Program-made: the position numbers and the translations under genes | Shown: in pieces, positions 59,461 to 64,000 of the stretch | How the letters are laid out: the number at the start of each line of letters is the position of its first letter | Position numbering within the stretch: the stretch's first letter is position 1 | NCBI GenBank assembly: GCA_040830765.1 | Contig: JBFOMH010000005.1 | Location: forward strand, 224,001 to 288,000 | Length of the DNA stretch: 64,000 bases | From: Puniceicoccaceae bacterium | Lineage (GTDB): Bacteria > Verrucomicrobiota > Verrucomicrobiia > Opitutales > Oceanipulchritudinaceae | Direction: 5' to 3' | The notes under the pieces: model-generated | What the model saw: only the letters and a program-made list of their open reading frames with translations | Databases searched by the model: none | Told to the model about the DNA's origin: nothing

Positions 59461-60633
59461 ATGAGTGGGAACGCTAAAAACGACACGGCCGTCGCGTCCG
59501 TGGCGGCATACCGTGACAAGTTGGAATCGCTCCGGGAGCAGGTTCTGGCGGATGCCGTAATGATTGGGGAAATCCCGGCCCCGACCTTTGAGGAAGATCG
59601 CCTCGTCAACTTCCTTAGCGACCGTTTTACCGAGGAAGGCCTGGATCAAGTCACCGTGGACGAGGTCCATAACGTGACGGCTATCCTGCCCGGAAAAACG
59701 GGTGCAAAGAACATTCTTGTCGCCGCCCATATTGACCGGGTCTGGGATGCCTCCATCGACCACACCATCACGGTCACCTCCGACAGCCTGATCGGTCCGG
59801 GAATAGCAGATAACGCTCTCGGAGTAGCCTCCCTTCCAATGTTGCCCGTAATGCTGCAAGTCCTTGGTATTGAGTTAGATGCCAACCTCGTCCTCCTGGG
59901 TGCCAGCCGAAGTCTGGGTCGCGGGGATTTGGAAGGCCTGCGCTTTTTCACCGACAATGTCCCCATGACCATCGGGGCGGGGGTTTGTGTTGAAGGGGTG
60001 CAGCTGGGACGGCTCAGCTATTCCTCACTGGGAATGAACCGCTGCGAGATAAATGTCAGCACGCCGGAGGAGCAGCATTGGGAGTCGTGGAGCCTTTCCG
60101 GGGCCATCATAACCCTCAACAAGATTGTCCAGCAGATCCTCGCCATCAAGATTCCGGTTGTTCCCAAGACCTCCATTATTCTCGGGTCCATTTTCTCGGG
60201 CAGCTCCTTCAATGTTCCCTCCACCCGGGCCACCCTGCGATTTGAAGTACGCAGCGAGGAACCCGGCATGGTGGCAAGTATCCGGGAGCAGATTGAGGAG
60301 CTGATCGAGATGACCATCGCCGAGCAGCGGGTGGACGTCTCGCTGGAAGTGCTGGCGCGACGCAAGCCCGGTTCCATCGGGTTTGATCATCCTTATGTCA
60401 GGGCCGCAAGGGATATCCTCAAGGGCCTCGACATCGATCCACTGGTTGCCCCTTCGATTAGTGAACTCTCTGTTCTTATTGAAAAAGGCATCCCCTCCAT
60501 GACACTCGGCCTGACACATGGGGACCGGAAACACCAACTCGATGAATCTGTCCAGATTGCCCCTTTGTTCAAAGGTCTGGCGCAACTGGTGGCCGTTCTT
60601 CAATCCATCGACCAACTTCTCGAAAATGAATAA
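59461..60633 (+). CDS. M20/M25/M40-family metallo-hydrolase
   Basis: IPAPTFEE, AHID, GPGIADN, H..DE. The usual EE motif reads SLG, so activity is uncertain. Confidence 0.75.
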   Translation: MSGNAKNDTAVASVAAYRDKLESLREQVLADAVMIGEIPAPTFEEDRLVNFLSDRFTEEGLDQVTVDEVHNVTAILPGKTGAKNILVAAHIDRVWDASIDHTITVTSDSLIGPGIADNALGVASLPMLPVMLQVLGIELDANLVLLGASRSLGRGDLEGLRFFTDNVPMTIGAGVCVEGVQLGRLSYSSLGMNRCEINVSTPEEQHWESWSLSGAIITLNKIVQQILAIKIPVVPKTSIILGSIFSGSSFNVPSTRATLRFEVRSEEPGMVASIREQIEELIEMTIAEQRVDVSLEVLARRKPGSIGFDHPYVRAARDILKGLDIDPLVAPSISELSVLIEKGIPSMTLGLTHGDRKHQLDESVQIAPLFKGLAQLVAVLQSIDQLLENE

Positions 60634-61618
60634 GATAGACAGCTGGCTGAAGTCGAACACCTTCCACCACGGTGAGTTCTGGGACCTGCTCAAGCTGGTC
60701 AAGGAGAAGGAGAAGAAGAACCTGAAAATTTCCCTCTGTATCCCAACCCTCAATGAGGAGAAAACGATTGGGAAGGAAATCATTATTTTCAAAAGCGCCC
60801 TCATGGACCGGTATCCGCTCATTGATGAAATAGCGGTTATTGATTCCGGCTCAACCGACAAGACGGCCGAGGTGGCCGAAGCCTATGGGGCAGATGTCTA
60901 CCTCTCCGCGGACATCCTCCCCAGCCAGGGATTCAAACGCGGCAAGGGGGAGAATCTCTGGAAAGCCATCTACCAACTGGAAGGGGACATCATCTGCTAT
61001 GTCGATGCGGATATTAAAAACATCCACCCGCGCTTTGCCACCGGCCTGGTAGCCCCGCTCATTTATCATGATGAAATGCAGTACATCAAGGCCTTCTACG
61101 ACCGCCCGCTGGCCTTCTCCCAAGGAGTTCGTCCCTCCGGCGGGGGACGGGTGACTGAAATCCTCGTCCGGCCGCTGTTCTCCCTCTTCTTTCCAGAATT
61201 GACGGCGTTGATCCAACCCCTCTCCGGGGAATATGCCGTCCGACGGGAAGTTTTGCAATCGATCCCCTTCCCCATCGGTTATGGCGTCGAAACTTCACAC
61301 ATCATTGATGTCTATATGAAGCACGGTCTGGAGGCCTTCGGACAGACAGACCTCGACCAGCGGGTCCACCGCAATCAGGCGACCCTGGATCTCGGGAAAA
61401 TGTCCTTCGGCATCCTGCAAAGCTTCCTTAACCGGATGGAATCCTACGGACTGGTCGACAAGTTCCCGGAGATGTCGAACACCTTCCGCCAGTTCCAGGC
61501 GGAGGGGAACCGCTACGAGCAGGTTTTAAAGGAAATTGTCGAGGAAGAGCGCCCACCCATGGTGACCATTCCTGAATATTGTCAGAAGTTCGGTATCGAG
61601 GATTCTGCTACGGGCTGA
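60626..61618 (+). CDS. gpgS: Glucosyl-3-phosphoglycerate synthase
   Basis: PTLNEE, DSGSTD, GKGENLWK, DAD, GGRVTE..VRP, QPLSGEYA, GYGVE, HRNQ. Start ATG 60626. Confidence 0.88.
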   Translation: MNKIDSWLKSNTFHHGEFWDLLKLVKEKEKKNLKISLCIPTLNEEKTIGKEIIIFKSALMDRYPLIDEIAVIDSGSTDKTAEVAEAYGADVYLSADILPSQGFKRGKGENLWKAIYQLEGDIICYVDADIKNIHPRFATGLVAPLIYHDEMQYIKAFYDRPLAFSQGVRPSGGGRVTEILVRPLFSLFFPELTALIQPLSGEYAVRREVLQSIPFPIGYGVETSHIIDVYMKHGLEAFGQTDLDQRVHRNQATLDLGKMSFGILQSFLNRMESYGLVDKFPEMSNTFRQFQAEGNRYEQVLKEIVEEERPPMVTIPEYCQKFGIEDSATG

Positions 61619-61619
61619 G

Positions 61620-63062
61620 ATGCGACTGGCCATTGTCCATTATCACCTGCGGCGTGGAGGGGTGACCCGGGTCATCGCCAATGCACTGAAAGCACTGGGT
61701 GATGAGGGAAAGGAAGCGGTTGTCCTATCATCCACTGAATCCGAAGAGCCACTCCCCTGCAAGGTGGCTGTTGTCCCAGAGTTGGCCTACTGCGAATCTG
61801 CCTCAAGGGAGGCTGTGGATGGGCTTTACCAGGGCATGCTAAAGGCAGCTGAGGACGCCTTGGGCGGAACTCCCGACTTGTGGCACATCCACAACCATGG
61901 TCTTGGCAAGAACGTCAACTTTCCGCCGGTTCTCAAGCGTTTGCTGAATGAGGGACATCGGGCCCTCCTGCAGATTCACGACTTCTCCGAGGATGGCCGC
62001 CCGGGCAATTACACCAGTCAGCTGAATCCATTTACTGAGGGATTATTTGATAACTACGACCAATGCCTCTATCCACTGGCACCACAGGTGGCCTATGCCG
62101 TCCTCAATGGGCGGGACCGGTCCATCCTTGAAAAGGCCGGTATACCGCCTGAGCAAATTCACTGGCTGCCTAATGCGGTCACGGTCCCGCGGATCGAGGC
62201 GAATCCCCGCCCGGCAGAATCCGGCAAGCCGCTTATTCTCTACCCAACCCGTGGGATACGTCGCAAGAACCTGGGAGAGATCCTGCTTTTATCTCAACTG
62301 CACCCGGAGGCCCGCTTCGGAACGACTTTGGCTCCCAAGAATCCGCAGTGGTTCAAATATTATGACGAATGGACGCGCCTTTCCAGTGAACTGGGACTCG
62401 GGGTGGAGTTTGGATTGGGCGAACAAGCAGATATCAGCTTCGGGGACCTGGTGGCTTCCGCTTCCGCCATGGTAACCACCAGCGTCGGCGAGGGCTTTGG
62501 TCTCGCTTACCTTGAGCCATGGCTATTTGGCAAACAGCTCTGCGGTCGGGATCTGCCCGAGATAACCCGGGACTTCAAGGATAACAACATCCGGTTGGCA
62601 GACCTTTACGAAGAACTTCCCGTCCCCTGCTCCTCCTTTGCCAGCGATAAGCTCCGTGAGCGTTATTCGGATTCATTGGCCTCAACGTACGCCGCCTACG
62701 GCCGGACAACCGACCGGGAACTCCTTGATGAAGCATGGGACGCAATCACCAGCGGCGGACAGATCGACTTTGGCCGGCTTGATGAAATCGCCCAGGCAGA
62801 AGTTATCCGTTACACAAAAGACCATCCCAGCGCCATTCAATCACCCCTGCCTTCTCTTCCGGATCTACTCGATCACGAGGCCCTCCAGGTGAACGCCGAA
62901 CGCATTCGATCAACCTACGGATTGACGCAGTATGGAACATTGCTGCGGCAAATCTACCATACGGTCCTGGAGGCACCTGCTGAGGAAGTACTGGGTCTTC
63001 CCTCAGAGGCGGTTCTGCAGGAATTCCTCGATACCCGACGCTTCAACCTACTGCGGACGTAG
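61620..63062 (+). CDS. GT-B glycosyltransferase (GT4-like), candidate mannosylglucosyl-3-phosphoglycerate synthase
   Basis: HYHL..GGVTRVI, HNHGLGKN, HDFSED.R, R..RRKN.GE, EGFGLAYLE. Immediately after gpgS. Confidence 0.7.
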   Translation: MRLAIVHYHLRRGGVTRVIANALKALGDEGKEAVVLSSTESEEPLPCKVAVVPELAYCESASREAVDGLYQGMLKAAEDALGGTPDLWHIHNHGLGKNVNFPPVLKRLLNEGHRALLQIHDFSEDGRPGNYTSQLNPFTEGLFDNYDQCLYPLAPQVAYAVLNGRDRSILEKAGIPPEQIHWLPNAVTVPRIEANPRPAESGKPLILYPTRGIRRKNLGEILLLSQLHPEARFGTTLAPKNPQWFKYYDEWTRLSSELGLGVEFGLGEQADISFGDLVASASAMVTTSVGEGFGLAYLEPWLFGKQLCGRDLPEITRDFKDNNIRLADLYEELPVPCSSFASDKLRERYSDSLASTYAAYGRTTDRELLDEAWDAITSGGQIDFGRLDEIAQAEVIRYTKDHPSAIQSPLPSLPDLLDHEALQVNAERIRSTYGLTQYGTLLRQIYHTVLEAPAEEVLGLPSEAVLQEFLDTRRFNLLRT

Positions 63063-63073
63063 CGGAAATCCAG

Positions 63074-64000
63074 CTACTGGAAGAGTTTTTCACTTAGCAC
63101 GCGGAAGAAAACCTTTTCCGGATCCCCGTCCACGGTACCACTCCAGGAGGTTGGCCCCAAGTCACCCTCAGCCGGCAGCCAGTTGATTAAATCGAGACTG
63201 TACTCGACCTGCGGCAGGCCTTGGGCCGGTTGCCAGGAAAAACCAGCTTCCTTTTGCGCATTGTAATAGCCGCCGGTTATCTCAATGGGATCGCGGTCCG
63301 GTAGCTCACTCCCAAAGTGGAGGTCATCGGCAAAACCTACCTGATACGTATTTGATAGAGGCAGGCCATCCATGAGCACACGTTTGACCCATGTCCGCTC
63401 GTCCCCGGGATCCCCTACCCATCCGACAAATTCATGATTGGCTGTATTTTGGTGTTCCCCCAGCAAGGTTCCATCTTCCGCAAAGAACCGGGTCAGGGAA
63501 TTGGTGTTCCAGCGACGCATCACGGCAACACGGTGCTGCGGATTGGTGAAGACTATTTCGTAGGGATTTTGACCATCCGGGGCACCGTAACTGGCCCCGG
63601 ATCCCATCAGCTCGTTCGTTCCACTCGGTGGATTGACGCCATACAGCGGGACCACACAGACTGGATAATCGACAGCCACCGTCGGCGGCGGGTAGCGACG
63701 TTCGAGGGTCTTCAGGGTTAGAGTTTCCCCACCGGCTGGAATCTGGCGTACCGGGCCATTGGCCAGGCTGTTGAAATCAACAAGGGTATCTCCGAGAAAC
63801 TCGCGATAGAGGGTAAAGCGAGCAACGGCATCCTCCCCGTTGACGATTCCCAACTTCGCTGGTGGACCATCCGGCTTGGCGGTCCCGAAGAACAAGTCGT
63901 CGGTTTCGCCCACCTGGTAAGTTCCGCCCGGATTCATCCCGTCAATCTCAACGCGACTGACCCACTCGTTCTCATCCGGCCCTCCGGCAAACCAGGCAAC
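63074..64000 (-). CDS. C-terminal part of a repeat-domain protein with ..FFR C-terminal domain (5' end outside window)
   Basis: Frame stays open to 64000. Repeated segment W..RV..DG.....TYQVG..DDL.FG spaced 191 aa apart. Ends VFFRVLSEKLFQ. Confidence 0.75.
   Translation of the reverse strand, partial: VAWFAGGPDENEWVSRVEIDGMNPGGTYQVGETDDLFFGTAKPDGPPAKLGIVNGEDAVARFTLYREFLGDTLVDFNSLANGPVRQIPAGGETLTLKTLERRYPPPTVAVDYPVCVVPLYGVNPPSGTNELMGSGASYGAPDGQNPYEIVFTNPQHRVAVMRRWNTNSLTRFFAEDGTLLGEHQNTANHEFVGWVGDPGDERTWVKRVLMDGLPLSNTYQVGFADDLHFGSELPDRDPIEITGGYYNAQKEAGFSWQPAQGLPQVEYSLDLINWLPAEGDLGPTSWSGTVDGDPEKVFFRVLSEKLFQ

Overview
A moderately GC-rich bacterial chromosome segment. A Verrucomicrobiota (Opitutales-like) origin is inferred from a PEP-CTERM protein and from C-terminal domain styles, and is not proven. 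Two loci stand out. (1) 0.1-12.2 kb, minus strand: a self-contained candidate extracellular electron transfer cluster. It holds an ImcH/NapC-like 7-heme membrane cytochrome, a monoheme cytochrome c, an MtrB/PioB-like porin, an 8-heme MtrA/DmsE-like cytochrome, a 9-heme secreted cytochrome with a Trp/Tyr-rich tail, a Cys-rich PocR-AraC regulator and system II heme-attachment genes. (2) 41.64-42.55 kb, minus strand: a ~910-nt element with no credible ORF, densely packed with hairpins, with its own sigma70-type promoter, a boxA-like 5' end and an intrinsic terminator. It is most likely a giant structured ncRNA (MISL-like or new) and is preceded by a cluster of DnaA-box-like 9-mers. The rest is mostly housekeeping: recR, ahcY, metK, ffh, pckG, aroK, hup, uvrA, asnS, tatD, rsmG, trxB, miaB, tRNA-Ser(GCT), a Yej/Opp-type ABC transporter and gpgS plus a glycosyltransferase. 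There is also a frameshifted yjbQ, REP-like repeats, several operator-like palindromes and a recurring pattern suggesting leaderless mRNAs. All product calls come from motif recognition by eye. No database searches or folding programs were run.
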